From Octopus bimaculoides (taxonomy: Eukaryota): 64,000 nucleotides of DNA. Of this stretch, positions 36,191-48,611 are shown piece by piece (position 1 is the first letter of the stretch; each line of letters starts with the position of its first letter). Below the pieces are notes generated by a model that was given only the letters and a program-made list of their open reading frames with translations, was not told where the DNA came from and ran no database searches. The translations under genes were made by a program, and so were the position numbers. Where the stretch lies: the NCBI RefSeq assembly GCF_001194135.2, contig NC_068981.1, positions 113,300,222-113,364,221 on the forward strand, given 5' to 3'.

Positions 36191-37282
36191 ACTCACTAAT
36201 CTAATAGGGAGAATACACTATGGTTTCAATAGTAAAAACTTCCCACATACACTGTTCTAACTATTATTGATATCAACATAGGTTAGCATAAAAAACACCT
36301 ATGCATATCAGTATAATCAACAGTGACACAAGTTCCAAGTACTATGCTAGGTTGCACTGTTACAGTAACAAGTTAACCTTGCTCATTTCTGCTCTGGTCA
36401 TCACCAGAGGGCATACAAAATTGGACTGGTTTAACATATAATAAATGTCCACACTGTCACACTGCATCCAATATGATTTTTTCACTGGTTGCTGGTATAC
36501 ACAGTAAGGTCCTCAGCTAGGTAGAAACATGGTTTACTTTCAGCTATGAGACTCCTCAATCAAGGATGATTCAATCTGCAAAGCAATAAATTGTCTGAAG
36601 CACTTGATGCTGCATTGATGGTTTTTTTAATCTCTTTCTTCTCCTTTTTATCTGTCACCTTTTTCTTTTCTTCTGCTTTTTTTTCTTTCTTTTCTTTGTC
36701 TTTCTTTTGTAAAAAACTATATTAGATACATACATATTATATATATAATTGTTATCTCTGTTGATAATAAAATCTCTTGGATCAAAAATCTTGTCAAACT
36801 TCAGGTTCATGGTGTGAGTTGGGGTTAGCTACACTGCACAAGTATGGTTATGTCACTCACATTCTTCCTATAGCACATTAAAAACTATCTGTCTATTACC
36901 TCTAACTACACATACAAATAGATGATGCAATACATTGTTCTCCCTTAACTTTTCATGCAAAGGCTTCATTCATATGTAGCAGGTACCTCAAAACTTTAAA
37001 CTCTATACACATAATCTCATAAGCAAGATTATATAAATATAAACACCACCAATTGTGTTAACAAAGATGTGAACATTAAAAGTTGAAACACATAGAAGGA
37101 ATAGCTGATATGCAAAGAGTGACGAAAATGATTCAATGATTCTTCCTAGAGCCAAAAGCATTCTTTGTAATTCTAAATTGCACATATCTGTGTGAATAAG
37201 TGATTAGTTGTTGATAAACTACAAATTGATGGCATCCTATATTATTTCATAGATACCATTAATAATGTGTTTTCTCTGATAG

Positions 37283-37405
37283 ATTCTCTTACTAAAGAAT
37301 GACCTTAATGCAAAGGAACTGGACTTTTTGTTGCGCTTTCCTTTTATTCCAAACCTAATCTCTCCTGTGAATTTTATCAGCCATACCGGATGGGGAGGTA
37401 TCAAG
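37283..37405 (+). CDS. DNAH9/11/17-like: Dynein heavy chain exon C (41 codons, ILLLKNDLNAKELDFLLRFP...WGGIK)
   Basis: ttttctctgatag acceptor, GTAGGA donor, conserved ELDFLLRFP and WGGIK. Confidence 0.93.
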
Positions 37406-37859
37406 GTAGGAAAAAATAAAAATTTTCTTTATTTATTTGTGCATTTAAAAGTTGCCAGCTGAGAAGTTGATAGTTTATATCCTGTCACTAGTATTACATA
37501 ATTTCTAACTCCCCAAATTCATTGCTGTCAGCTATATATTTATTGACTTGCAGTGATCATTTCAGTTTCTCCTCCATATTCAGCCAGAAGATATAAACTC
37601 CACTGAGTTGATATAAAAGGTAACAGTTCAATCAATTCACTTATGGATATTTGTAATCATAAGGCACCATAATCATAAAGTGTCAGGTAATAAGCACAGT
37701 TGTTTGATAATAGATGTATCTAAGATACAACATATCTTGGCTTTTAAATCTGCTGGAGCCCATCCCTTTCCAGGTTTGATCAAAGCTGATTTCTCTCAGT
37801 GACGAATAATAATAATGAGGAGGAGGAGGAGAACGAACATTTTTTATTTTCGCACTAGA

Positions 37860-38058
37860 CCAGCAGTTTTGGGGGAGGGGTTAAATCGATTACATTGACC
37901 CTAGTGCTCAACTGGTACTTATTTCATTATCCCCAAAAGGATGAGAGGCAAAGTCAATCCTAGTAGAATTTGAACTCACAACATAAAGATGGACAAAATG
38001 CTACTTAGCATTTTGCCTTTTGCCCAGCATGCTAATGATTCTACCATCTAACCACCTT
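37860..38058 (-). mobile_element. tRNA-derived SINE (family C, Nin/Deu-domain-like)
   Basis: B-box-like gagttcaaattc; core gcctctcatccttttggggataatgaaataagtacc; homologous to 38572-38760. Confidence 0.6.
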
Positions 38059-38067
38059 AATAATAAT

Positions 38068-38104
<37 letters not shown>

Positions 38105-38105
<1 letters not shown>

Positions 38106-38533
38106 GATGGGCTACAGCAAATATTCTGCTCAATACCACAGATTTGCTTGCCAGTTGTTTAACCTTAACCAGTTGAGCACGTCCCTTAGTGGCTGACAAT
38201 GTGCATCTCTGGGGGAGCATCATAGCTATGTGTTGAGAGGAATTCTTTGGGGTTTGAATAATTCACCTCTGGAAACATGGGTGTTTCATTCAACATCTTT
38301 AAACAATCCTTATTTAGCAGGATGAGCTACTCAACCTGAAGAAAATTCTAACTGGGCCCCACATACAAGGTCATGCGCTGTTTATCTTGATATGAGATCA
38401 CCATGTCATGCACATATGGTTGTGATGCATGTGCCTGGTGTACCCTTATCAGACAGGTAGTTATGATGGATATACTGGGCTTCATATATTTTACCTCAGT
38501 ATCACTTTGATGGCATGCACTACTCTCTCACTC

Positions 38534-38570
<37 letters not shown>
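38105..38570 (+). repeat. Unclassified retroposon-like repeat ending in (AAT)n
   Basis: Non-coding block between (AAC)n and a long (AAT)n tail. Confidence 0.35.
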
Positions 38571-38571
<1 letters not shown>

Positions 38572-38573
<2 letters not shown>

Positions 38574-38760
38574 TCAGGCCTTGTGCCTATGCACAAGGCC
38601 TGAAATTTGGTTGTTGGGGACTAGTTGATTACATCGACCCCACTGTTTCATTGGTACTTAATTTATCGACCCCGAAAGGATGAAAGGCAAAGTCAACTTC
38701 AGCAGAAATACCACTAAGCATTTCATCCAGTGTGCTAATGATTCTGCCAGCTCGCCATGT
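38572..38760 (-). mobile_element. SINE family C copy with fold-back 3' end
   Basis: Core gcctttcatcctttcggggtcgataaattaagtacc on the minus strand; 15-bp perfect stem at 38572-38605. Confidence 0.65.
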
Positions 38761-38957
38761 TAATAATAATAATAATAATAATAATAGCAACAGCAATCTG
38801 AACTAAGATCATGTTCTCTCTTTTATGATAATAGTATCAACTCTGATGATGATAGTATTTAATAATTTGTTAATTTAACAATTCAAAATTGAATATTGTT
38901 TTTATTAAACTATAAATTGTTTTGGTTTGTTTTGTTTTGCTGTAATTTCATTAACAG

Positions 38958-39151
38958 GCTCTGATTGAATTTGAAGATTTTCATAATCTAGATAAAGATA
39001 TAGAAGGTTCAGCAAAACGGTGGAAGAAATTCATTGAAAGTGAATGTCCAGAGAAAGAGAAATTTCCTCAAGAATGGAAAAATAAAACTTCACTCCAAAA
39101 ATTGTGTATAATGAGATCTCTGAGACCTGATAGAATGACTTATGCCATGAG
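38958..39151 (+). CDS. DNAH9/11/17-like: Dynein heavy chain exon D (194 nt, [24 protein letters not shown]...[11 protein letters not shown])
   Basis: ttaacag acceptor, phase-2 GTTTGT donor at 39152, conserved [11 protein letters not shown] and LRPDRMTYA. Confidence 0.95.
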
Positions 39152-41136
39152 GTTTGTGGAAGAATATTTAGTGCATTACACGTAGTGTTCTATTTGCTTT
39201 ACTATAACATAAATAGTAGTAATATACTAATTGGAACAGCAATTAGTATATTGTAAACTGACACTGACACTACATTATGATCAAAATATTTAACTACCAA
39301 TTGCTTAATCTACCTAGCTTTGAATAGCACAGTTTAGCATCTCTAGCAGTGAAAACACTGTAAAATTAATAAATATTTTGTTCACTTAAAAGATGAATGC
39401 TGTTTCTTATCATAACTAGAGCCTGTTATCCCCCTCCCAACCACAGTAACAGTAGAATCCAAACAGAACAATTCTCTTTCCATTTGAAGGGATCAAGTCA
39501 TTTATCTGAAATTCCACATGTAATACATTCTGTTGATTTTATTAAAAACAAATCTGGGATTTCAGTAGAAAATGACTTAATATTCTCTTACATTGGTCAC
39601 TGTGAAGACCTTCAATGTCCTCAGGCTGCTATTCTCCTCCATTAAGTAAAGACAAAAGCACCAATCCTAAGAAAGGAACCTCATGAGTTAAGTGGCTGAC
39701 AAAGCAAATATCAATGACTGTTCTTTGAAACAACATTTTTAGCCATTTGTCTGCACGGTAAGAGTGCACAAAAATTGATTATGATCTTAAATAAAGAGAT
39801 TTAGTGTGAAAAGGAAAATAAACAAAAGCTAAAACAACAAACAATTTGTAACAAGGTTGGTATCTTGTTCCAAGAATGGATGGGAAAGTCATCCAATTAA
39901 TATGCTACAGAAACTGGAACTGAGAACTAGTGGATCCTTGAAATTCAAAAAAAGTTAACATTTTTTAAATCAAAATAAATGCAAAGAAATTACCAAAGTG
40001 ACAAATTAAGTTTGCTTCTCTGTTTTATATTTTGTATTTGTCTTTTCTACTTAGTTAGATGTCATATTTTTTTACAAAGGTGGAAGAGGGCTGTAATAAA
40101 GGGGATAGAAATTTCTGGAGAAAATTTGTTGCAAGCCACTGACTAATTCTAGGGATGGAGTGAGACTCCAGCCTGGTTATAGGTACATAGTGTAGGAAAA
40201 GAGCTATGAAACAAATCTGAAAGGACTGAAAAAATAAACTAAAAAGAAACAATGTAAGGCAGGAAGCAAAACATGAAGCATACCCAACCAAGAGAGAAGC
40301 TGAAAGCAAGATGCTTAAATCCTGTGAGGACAAGAAACATGAAATATAAGAACATATGTTGATTTAAAACCAGATGTAAATGGAACAAGTGGGTCCCAAG
40401 TAACCAACACAATTGCTCCCAATGACAATAAAAGCACAGAAGCATACAAGTACCATAATGAGAGATTGTTAAATAGGTATATGAATGAAATAGTGAAAAC
40501 AAAGGGCAGACTCCACTTAGAATAGAATTTATTCATGCATGCATCACAGAGTAATTAGGAGCACAAGTGCAGAAAAGGCTTCAGTTTTGTCAGAAATAGT
40601 TGCTGAAATGCTGAAAACATTGGAGCATGTAGAATTTAATCTAGTACAAGACATTATTCTCAATGACTAATGTAGCACTCATTGTTAACCTTTACAAGAA
40701 CAAAGAAGATGTACTGGAGAGGGAGAGTTACAGAATCCCACCAGCTGATGAAGCAAATCACAAAAATAGTTGAAAGTGTGTGAAGTAAGTATAAGATATG
40801 TGTGTAATGCAGGTAGTCATCTAAAGGACCAGATATAATACACAGACCATGATTTTGCCTCACTAAAGACCATACTGCACATTGTCATACAATGATGAAT
40901 TATATGGCATATAAAATGGCAATTTGGACATATAGTTATTTTATTGTTCTATCTATTTTTATACACTTGTAGATTCTGATGGGGTCTACTGCAGAGTGAA
41001 TTTGGTCAGATTGTGATTGTTGCTTTTATTCCAATGGTGCTTTTGATTAATGAGCATATTGATGCAGCAGCTATTTCTATGGGTGTATGTTTTATTTTCA
41101 TCTGATCCAAGTAAAAGAAATAGGGTTGCTCTAGGA

Positions 41137-41459
41137 CAGGCCTGGCCAACTCAAACTACATTGCAGGCCACTTTAATCACAGAAATTTTTTGAAGGCCAC
41201 TTGTATACTGACAGAATTGAAAGCATTTTGCTATAATGAATGAATGATTGTTGATTCAACATGAAATATTATCGTTGCAAAAACAGTAGTATCTTCCTTT
41301 CTTACTTTTCATTACAATCTTTAATTTTTGATAAAAATGTTTAAATGTTTGTTTAAATAAACCCATTTCAAGAAAGTATCAGGCAATAAAAGTTTGCCAC
41401 CAGATAAACGTTTGCAGGTCACATGTGGCCTCAGGCTGGCTTCAGGTTGACTAGCCCTG
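41137..41459. mobile_element. hAT (Charlie-like) MITE
   Basis: TIRs caggcctggccaac / gttgactagccctg; 8-bp TSD ctctagga / ttctagga. Confidence 0.75.
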
Positions 41460-41724
41460 TTCTAGGATGTAGAGCTATAAATGCTATATTTCCATTGAAC
41501 TTAGTAAACTAGATTATAGATAAATAAACAGCATATATCTGCAATTTAAGCTGTCTACCAGAATGCTGCAATCTAAGTATTCACAGTGAATTCAGCAGAG
41601 CTTTTGAATATAGGTAAGTGTTCAATAATAATCTTTCTATAGCAGGTAATAGCTAAATAATAATAAATGTGGATCATTCCTTGTTTTCAGTAATTAAGCA
41701 GGTTCAATTTTCTTTTTCAAACAG

Positions 41725-42001
41725 GAATTTTATTGAAGAGAAAATGGGAGTTCAGTATGTTGAAGGAAAACAAGTTGATTTTTCTATTTCATATGAAGAA
41801 TCAGGACCTTCTATTCCTATATTCTTCATTTTGTCACCTGGTGTTGATCCATTGAAAGATGTTGAAGCTTTGGGGAAAAAACTCAAGTTCTCAATTGCTA
41901 ACAAAAACTTCCATAATATTTCACTTGGACAAGGACAAGAAGTAGTAGCCGAACAAGCTATGGATTTTTCAGCCAAAGAAGGTCACTGGGTCATATTACA
42001 A
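41725..42001 (+). CDS. DNAH9/11/17-like: Dynein heavy chain exon E (277 nt, R-NFIEEKMG...ILSPGVDP...SLGQGQ...GHWVILQ; AAA6)
   Basis: acag acceptor completes the split AG/G Arg codon of exon D; GTAATA donor; AAA6 motifs ILSPGVDP, SLGQGQ, GHWVILQN. Confidence 0.96.
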
Positions 42002-42084
42002 GTAATATATTTCATACAATATCTTTATTTATGAGTTCCCAATTAGTAAATGACTATATGTCTTGATATATAAATGTATATATA

Positions 42085-42171
<87 letters not shown>

Positions 42172-42464
42172 GTCAAAAACTATTGAAGAGGTTACAAGAA
42201 GCAACAAAAATTTTAGAAAAAAATGAGTGGAAATTGAATTGGTGAGTGTGTTAATTAATAAGGCATTAAAACAGAATGACTCTCCAATAACAATATATAT
42301 AAATTCAAATTATGATGAACCTAAGCAAAGAAACAAAGTTTGCTTTAGAAGCGTAGAGGTGTCTTAGAAAGTTAAAGAAGTAATTTTAAATTCTCAAATG
42401 CAGGATAATGCTAATAATATAGCCTGAACAGGATAAGCTACCCCTATTTTACAGAAAAAAGTGT

Positions 42465-42544
42465 TGGTGGCCGGCTATGTGACTCGAACTCACACCTCTG
42501 TGATTACACATCACGGTGCTCTGAACCATTAAGCTAAACCGTGT
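42465..42544 (-). pseudogene. tRNA-like pseudogene with downstream oligo-T terminator, enclosed by inverted repeats
   Basis: D arm AGCTTAATGGTTCAGAGC, B box GAGTTCGAGTC, 3' GCCGGCCA-CCA, T6 4 nt later; acceptor 5' end and U33 decayed; anticodon uncertain. Confidence 0.6.
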
Positions 42545-42841
42545 GGGTGGATTAGCTTAATCCTGTTCAGATTTTCTTCACCAGCCTCTTTAATTGCTTT
42601 CCATATATTTGTTTTCTTGAGATTTGCCTTGCATTTACTTCGCATTGTTCTGGCCTTACCCATGATCTTTTATACAATATATTCCTAGATCTATTTTGTG
42701 GCCAGTTGATGTATTACAATGTAAATTAGGGAAGCATTATATTCTGACAAGATATGCAATTTTCTTGGTAACTGAAGAATAGTGAAACATCTCTGAAAAA
42801 GGATAATTATTCCAAAACAGAGATGTAGAAAGATTCCCAAT

Positions 42842-43761
42842 TACAATGTGGTATCAAAAAGTTTCAGGACTAGTTATATTTAATAAAAGAAACGTATTTG
42901 CCTAAGTTTTAGCATCATCTCCTTCAAAATAGTCACCTTGGACAGCAATGCACCAGCCTCAGCGTTCCACCCACTTTTGGAATTTGGCCTGGAAAGCGTT
43001 TTCCATAAGCAAGCTGAGGACCTTCTGCAATACACTCTGGATCTTGACAACAATGTTAAAACAGTGACCTTTGAACTGCATTTTCATCTTGGGGAAGAGA
43101 TGGAAGTCCACAGGTGGTAAATCTGGTGAATAGGGCAGGTGCAGAAGTGATATCATGTTGTTTTGGGTGAAAGATTCGCGAGTGAGGAGAGCTCAGTGAC
43201 AGGGCGCAATGTTGTTGTGGAGAATCCAATTCTTTGTGCTCCACAGATCCAGTTGCTTTCACCAAATATCCTCCCCCAAATGATTCAAAACGTTGCAGTA
43301 GAACTCTTCATTGACAGTCCAACCCTGGAGGATGAATTCTCGATGCACAGTACCACATTTCCGGTGGTGGGGATGCTTGTGGCAGGTCTTTCAGATTGCT
43401 CATATTACAGAGACATTCTTCTGCTTTTGAAACACCTATGTCTTTCAAAACATTGAGTACAACCCATTACCTTGTCACCATAAGCTTGCCAAAGCATGAT
43501 CTATATCTCTCTAGCAGACTCCCCAAGTTTAACACAAAATTTTGCATTGGCTCTTTGTTCCTGTCCATAACAAAATCACAAACTTTAGCATACACATGAT
43601 CACAAAAACACAAATTTCACAACTTGAGAAGTAAACACAGTGATGTCACTTAGCACACTGCCTCATGAAGGTCACTGCTAGCTCTCTCACTGTGCATGCA
43701 ACTATGCCATCTGTTGGCACACTACACAACTAGTCCGTGAACTTTTTGATAGTACATCATA
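42842..43761 (-). mobile_element. Mariner transposon, internally deleted
   Basis: TIRs ...tatcaaaaagtttcaggactagt / actagtccgtgaactttttgata; YSPDLPPVDFHLFPKMK motif. Confidence 0.88.
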
Positions 43762-43974
43762 GTTTCTGCTCATGTAAGAGAACAATAGAATGTTTTTTCT
43801 TCATCTCAGTGGCAACACCTTAGGTTTTCTAATATCCACAGAATACATGTTTCAACTATACTGAATTATCTAATGTCACCAATATCAAATAACAACTAAT
43901 GGAATGGTAACATGGAATTATAACATCATCACTAACTGTTCAGTCATGATTATCCAAATGAGTGAAACCAGTTC

Positions 43975-46330
43975 ATCATCATCATCGTCATTTAGCGTCC
44001 ACTTTCCATGTCGGCATTGGTTGGATGGTTTGACTGAGGACTGGCAAGCCAGATGGCTGTACCAGTTACCAATCTGATCTGGCAAAGTTTCTACAGCTGG
44101 ATGCCCTTCCTAACGCCAACCACTCCGAGAGTGAAATGGGTGCTTTTTATGTGCCCCTGACATGAGAGCCAGTCAGGTAGTAGTGGCTTCAATGGTGCTT
44201 TCTATGTGCCACCAGCACAGGAGCCAGTCAGGTGGCACTGGCAATGACCACGCTTGAATGGTGGTTTTTACATGCCACCAGCACGGGACCAGTCAGGCAG
44301 TACTGGCATCGACCACACTCGAATGGTACTTTTTACATTCCACCAGCAAAGGTGCCAGTTAGACTGTACTGGCATTGGCCATGACAATGATTTCACTTGA
44401 CTCAACAGGTCTTCGCAAGCACAGCTTATTGCCCAATAATTGAAGGGTACTCTTAAATGGACTAATTATGCTGCACTAGTATAGGCCATGGTTACAATCC
44501 CACTTGGCTTGCTGGGTCTTGTCAAGCACAGCATATCTCCAAAGGGCTTAATCACTCATCATCGCCTCCACGTGACCCAATGTTTGAAGGTCATACTTCA
44601 CCACCTCATCCCAGGTCTTCCTGGGTCTACCTCTACTGCTAGGGTGTGACACTTTTGCACACAGCTGTCCTCATCCATATGCAACACATAACCATACAAG
44701 CACAGTCGTCTCATGCATACCACATCTGATGCTTATGTCCAGCTTTTCTCTCAGGGCGCTTACACTCTGTTGTGTATGCACACTGACATTACACATCCAG
44801 CAGAGCATACTAAATTCATTTCTTGCAAGCTGTCCTCAGCAAGCACAGCCCATGTTTCACTGCCATGTAGCATAGCTGTTTGCACACATGCGTCATACAG
44901 ACTGTCTTTTACTCTTAGCAAGAGGCTCTTTGTCACCAGCAGAGGTAGGAGCTCTCTGAACTTTGCCCCGGCTATTCTTATTCTAGCTGCTACACTCTAA
45001 GAGCATCCACCCTTGCTACTGACTTGGTCACCTAGGTAACGGAAGCTATCGATTACATGTAATAATCCCCCCTGGAATGTGACGGAAGCTGTTTTCTGCA
45101 CATTTTCAGTGTTTATTGCTCCTGAGCATTTGCCACACACAAAAACTATCTTCCCAGTTAGCCTTCCTTGGATATTGCTGCACCTCCTATGTATCTATAG
45201 CTTACACTGGGTACATCTTATGGAGTTTCTATCTATGCCTTTTCTATAGATCAAGCAGGGCCATCTATCTGAAGGGATTTAAGATTTCTCTGCCTTCCTA
45301 CTTATTAGTACTTTGGTTTTTGCTGGATTGACTCTAAGGCCCTTCAATTCTAGACCTTGCTTCCACACCTGAAACTTCTCCTCTAGTTCTGATAGTGACT
45401 CAGAAATTAAGGGATGGTTATCAGCATAGAGAAGCTCCCAGGGGCATCCTGTCTTGAATTCCTCTGTTATTGCCTGGGGGGCGATGATGAATGAGGGGGC
45501 TGAGGACTGATACCCTCACCTTACTGACAGCATCCCTGTACATTGCTTGTCCAGCTCCCATTAACCACTTATCTATCCCTAGTTTCTGCATTGACCACCA
45601 GAAATATAGCATCAGTGGTGCTTTTCCCTGACACAAACCCAAACTGCATCTCGTCTAAACTGACTCACTCCCTAATTAGTTGGGCTATGAGCTCTCCATG
45701 ATTTTCGTTACCCAATCCAACAACCATAAGATCTTTTGCATCGCAGAAATCCAGCAGCCTGGTTCCCTCCTCATTGCAGGAACCAAAACCAAAGCCACCA
45801 TGTATACCATGGAAGCCCCCTGCATGTTGTCCAATATGCTCATTGAAGTCACCAGCCACAAAGAGAAGGTCCCTCTCATTTGTCAATAAGGTAGTCTGCA
45901 AGAGGGTGTCATAAAATCAGTCTTTCTGTCCATCGGGTAGCCCTGGCTGAGGAGCATAAGCAGAGATAATGGTTGCAAACCCATGTTGCAGCACTAATCT
46001 AATCTTAAGTATTCTATCACAGACTCTGACTACCTCGATTACCTTATCAACCCATTTCTCCACAAGAAGTATACCTATGCCCCCGACACCGTCCACTGTT
46101 CCTTACCCAGAAAATCTTATACCTATGTTCTTTGCCTGTGAGGAACCTAGCAGAACTTCCTCTGCACCTTACTTCTTGGATACAGCACAAATCTACACAT
46201 CTCCAAGCATCGCAACAATTTCACCAGACCTACCTTTCAATGTGCCAACATTAAGTGTCTCAACTCTGAGGGTGTGGATGGTGTGGGCCCATGAAACCCT
46301 GGATAGGGGACAGCAGCATCATGTACCTGA
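43975..46330 (-). mobile_element. RTE LINE with APE endonuclease, RT remnants and 3' UTR; large internal deletions
   Basis: Minus strand TLNVGTL, ISAYAP, AGDFN.HIG, QFGF, GRPRKTWDEV; four ~66-bp UTR units; (GAT)n tail. Confidence 0.9.
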
Positions 46331-47127
46331 AAAACATATAATAGCCTTCAACCTGCATACACTACACCATCATTTTATGTACTACATAATCACTACATTA
46401 CATAGGAGATAAACCCTAAACAGGGATGGGGGAACATTAAACCTTTGGAGGTGTTCAGGAGAAAGACATCCAATAGAGGTCAGAGGATAAAGACTTCTGG
46501 TACAGGTGGTGGGGGTGGAAAGGATGGGTGGGTGCTCTGTGAAACAGCAAAATTCAAGAAACTCAAGCTGCCAGTGGGAAAGAATAGTAATAATAATAAT
46601 AATGAGATATAATTAGGCATTTGTATTCTTAACTACAAACTAGAGCTATAACCTAGAGTTTTTGGTCAGCCAAACTGTGACAAAATTTGATAAACAAATG
46701 AATAAATGACAATAATAAATGAGCGTGAAAGAGAGGGGTAAATATTTTAACTCATACTTTTAACATGAATATTTCAGTGCATTTTCCTTTTATTTTTAAT
46801 ATATATATGTATGTAAGCATGCATGTGGGGGTGGAGATAAAGAGTGAGAGACAAATAGCAAAAAATGTACAGTGTGTAATTAGTTATACCCCTAGATATT
46901 TAGTGCTAGATGTCTTTCTAAGAGAATTTATTTGTTACTATACTTGTTTAGCTATCAGAAATAGTTCAACTGTGGATGCAATATCAGTAACAGATTCAAA
47001 CTGTTGACCTTACTTTTGGTTGTCTTTTAATGTATTGGCTTTGTCATGAAAATTAAATATTCAAAATAATATTCTATTTCATCTATCCAATATCTATTTT
47101 ATGAAAGAATAATTTTTTTCTTTCCAG

Positions 47128-47355
47128 AATGTTCACTTGGTTGCTAAATGGTTGTCACAGTTCGAAAAAAAATTGGAACAGTATAGTCTTGACAGTCATG
47201 ATAACTACCGGGTGTTTATCAGTGCTGAACCCGCAGCATCTGCTGACACTCACATTATTCCTCATGGCATACTGGAATCTGCTATCAAAATTATTAATGA
47301 GCCACCCTCAGGAATGCAAGCCAACCTCCATAAAGCTCTCAACAACTTTACTCAG
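47128..47355 (+). CDS. DNAH9/11/17-like: Dynein heavy chain exon F (76 codons, NVHLVAKWL...YRVFISAEP...[20 protein letters not shown]; AAA6)
   Basis: tttttttctttccag acceptor, GTATCA donor; completes LQ|NVHL; YRVFISAEP and NEPP motifs. Confidence 0.95.
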
Positions 47356-47589
47356 GTATCATTGAGAATTTTGCAACTATTTTGTTTTATTCTGTTTTTA
47401 TTTTGTGCTTTTTTCTTTCCATGTAAGAGCAAAAGTCAAAAACAAAAAATCAAACCCAAGAAATGCTTGTTTGATTTTTAGTTTAGGCATGTGTTGTAGA
47501 TCAAGAGGAGATAAGCTTCCAATATGTTGAAACTAATTAGGGTTCAATTTCTAGTTGCAGTCCATTTGCTTCAGTTACAGGTATAGCTA

Positions 47590-47740
47590 GGCATAGACTT
47601 AACTGTATAGTTAAGAAACTTGCTTCCAAGCCACTTGGTTCTAGGTTCATCCCCACTGCATGTACTGTGGGCAAGTGTCTCCTACTATAACCTTGGCCAA
47701 CCAAAACCTTCTAAGTGAATTTTATACTTAGAAACTCAGG
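47590..47740 (+). mobile_element. SINE family A head
   Basis: gttaagaaacttgcttccaagccacttggttctaggttcatccccactgc matches other family A heads. Confidence 0.65.
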
Positions 47741-47799
47741 TTCATTGAGCAGATCATGCATGTATTGAAGATAAAAGGATTCCAAATAGCTGTTCAGTG

Positions 47800-48260
47800 G
47801 TGAGCTGCACATTGAAAAGTGTCTTCAACACAAACTAAGAAAAAGGTACCAAGACTGTGTAAAAGATAACCTGAAGGAACTGCAAATCAATGTAAAGAAC
47901 TGGAAAGAGTTGAGTGTAGGAGACATATAAGGGAAGGTTGTGAAATTTGCCTTGAGCATAAATAGCCTAATCATTGGCTTCTGAACAGCTGTCTTCAGAA
48001 CTTCAATGAGAACATAAAACAATAGAGGTTGGATGTGTTAACCATTTGAAGCCCAATGAAAGACCAATTGTATGCAATGTCCTTCCTCCTAAACCAGATG
48101 AGTCAAACAGTGTAATATGTGAAAAAGTTTGCAAGTCAATTCCAGATCTAAAAAGACATATGCAGTGCACAAAGATCATATCCCACAAAGGGATCCAGTC
48201 AATCCAGTGGAAGTTACAACTTTCACCTGTCACCTATGCTTCAAACCATGCAGATCTGCA
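47800..48260 (+). mobile_element. RTE-clade LINE C-terminal remnant with C2H2 finger
   Basis: RKRYQDCVKDNLK...W and CEKVCKSIPDLKRHMQ. Confidence 0.6.
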
Positions 48261-48611
48261 GCAAGACTGAATAGTCCTCTCAGAGGTCAATGACAGAAAG
48301 TCAGAAATGTCATTGACAGTGAGGAAACACTGAGAGATAGCAATTATTTGTGAAAATGGAGGAATCACCATGAGTGTCTCCTTTTCTTGATATTGTGTGA
48401 TTATTGTAAGCAAGTGTTGCCCCACCACACAGGCAATGTCCTTTGTTTCCCATCTTTCATGAAAACATGTCGAGTCCAGCCACAGGAAAATATTACTTTA
48501 CATGGACACAAGTTAGGGTTGACGACAAGGATATCCAGCCATAGAAAATGTTTATCAACAAATATACATTTACAAATATACATTCATGCATATGTGTATG
48601 TATATACATAT

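Noticed and set aside
42465-42544. Functional tRNA gene
   Set aside because: Acceptor stem 5' end unpaired, no U33 and a T-stem mismatch; kept only as a tRNA-like pseudogene.
42772-42827. CTGAAGA-atagt-GAAA followed by a perfect 9-bp hairpin ending in GTA
   Set aside because: No stem II and no adjacent stem I pairing; cannot be supported as a hammerhead without homologs.
44140-44385. Regularly spaced repeats resembling a CRISPR array
   Set aside because: Units are contiguous and homologous along their whole length with no unique spacers; they lie in a LINE UTR in eukaryotic DNA.
47281-47313. KIINEPPSG instead of the recalled KITNEPPTG as a possible RNA-editing site
   Set aside because: A-to-I editing cannot convert ATT to ACT; most likely ordinary lineage divergence.
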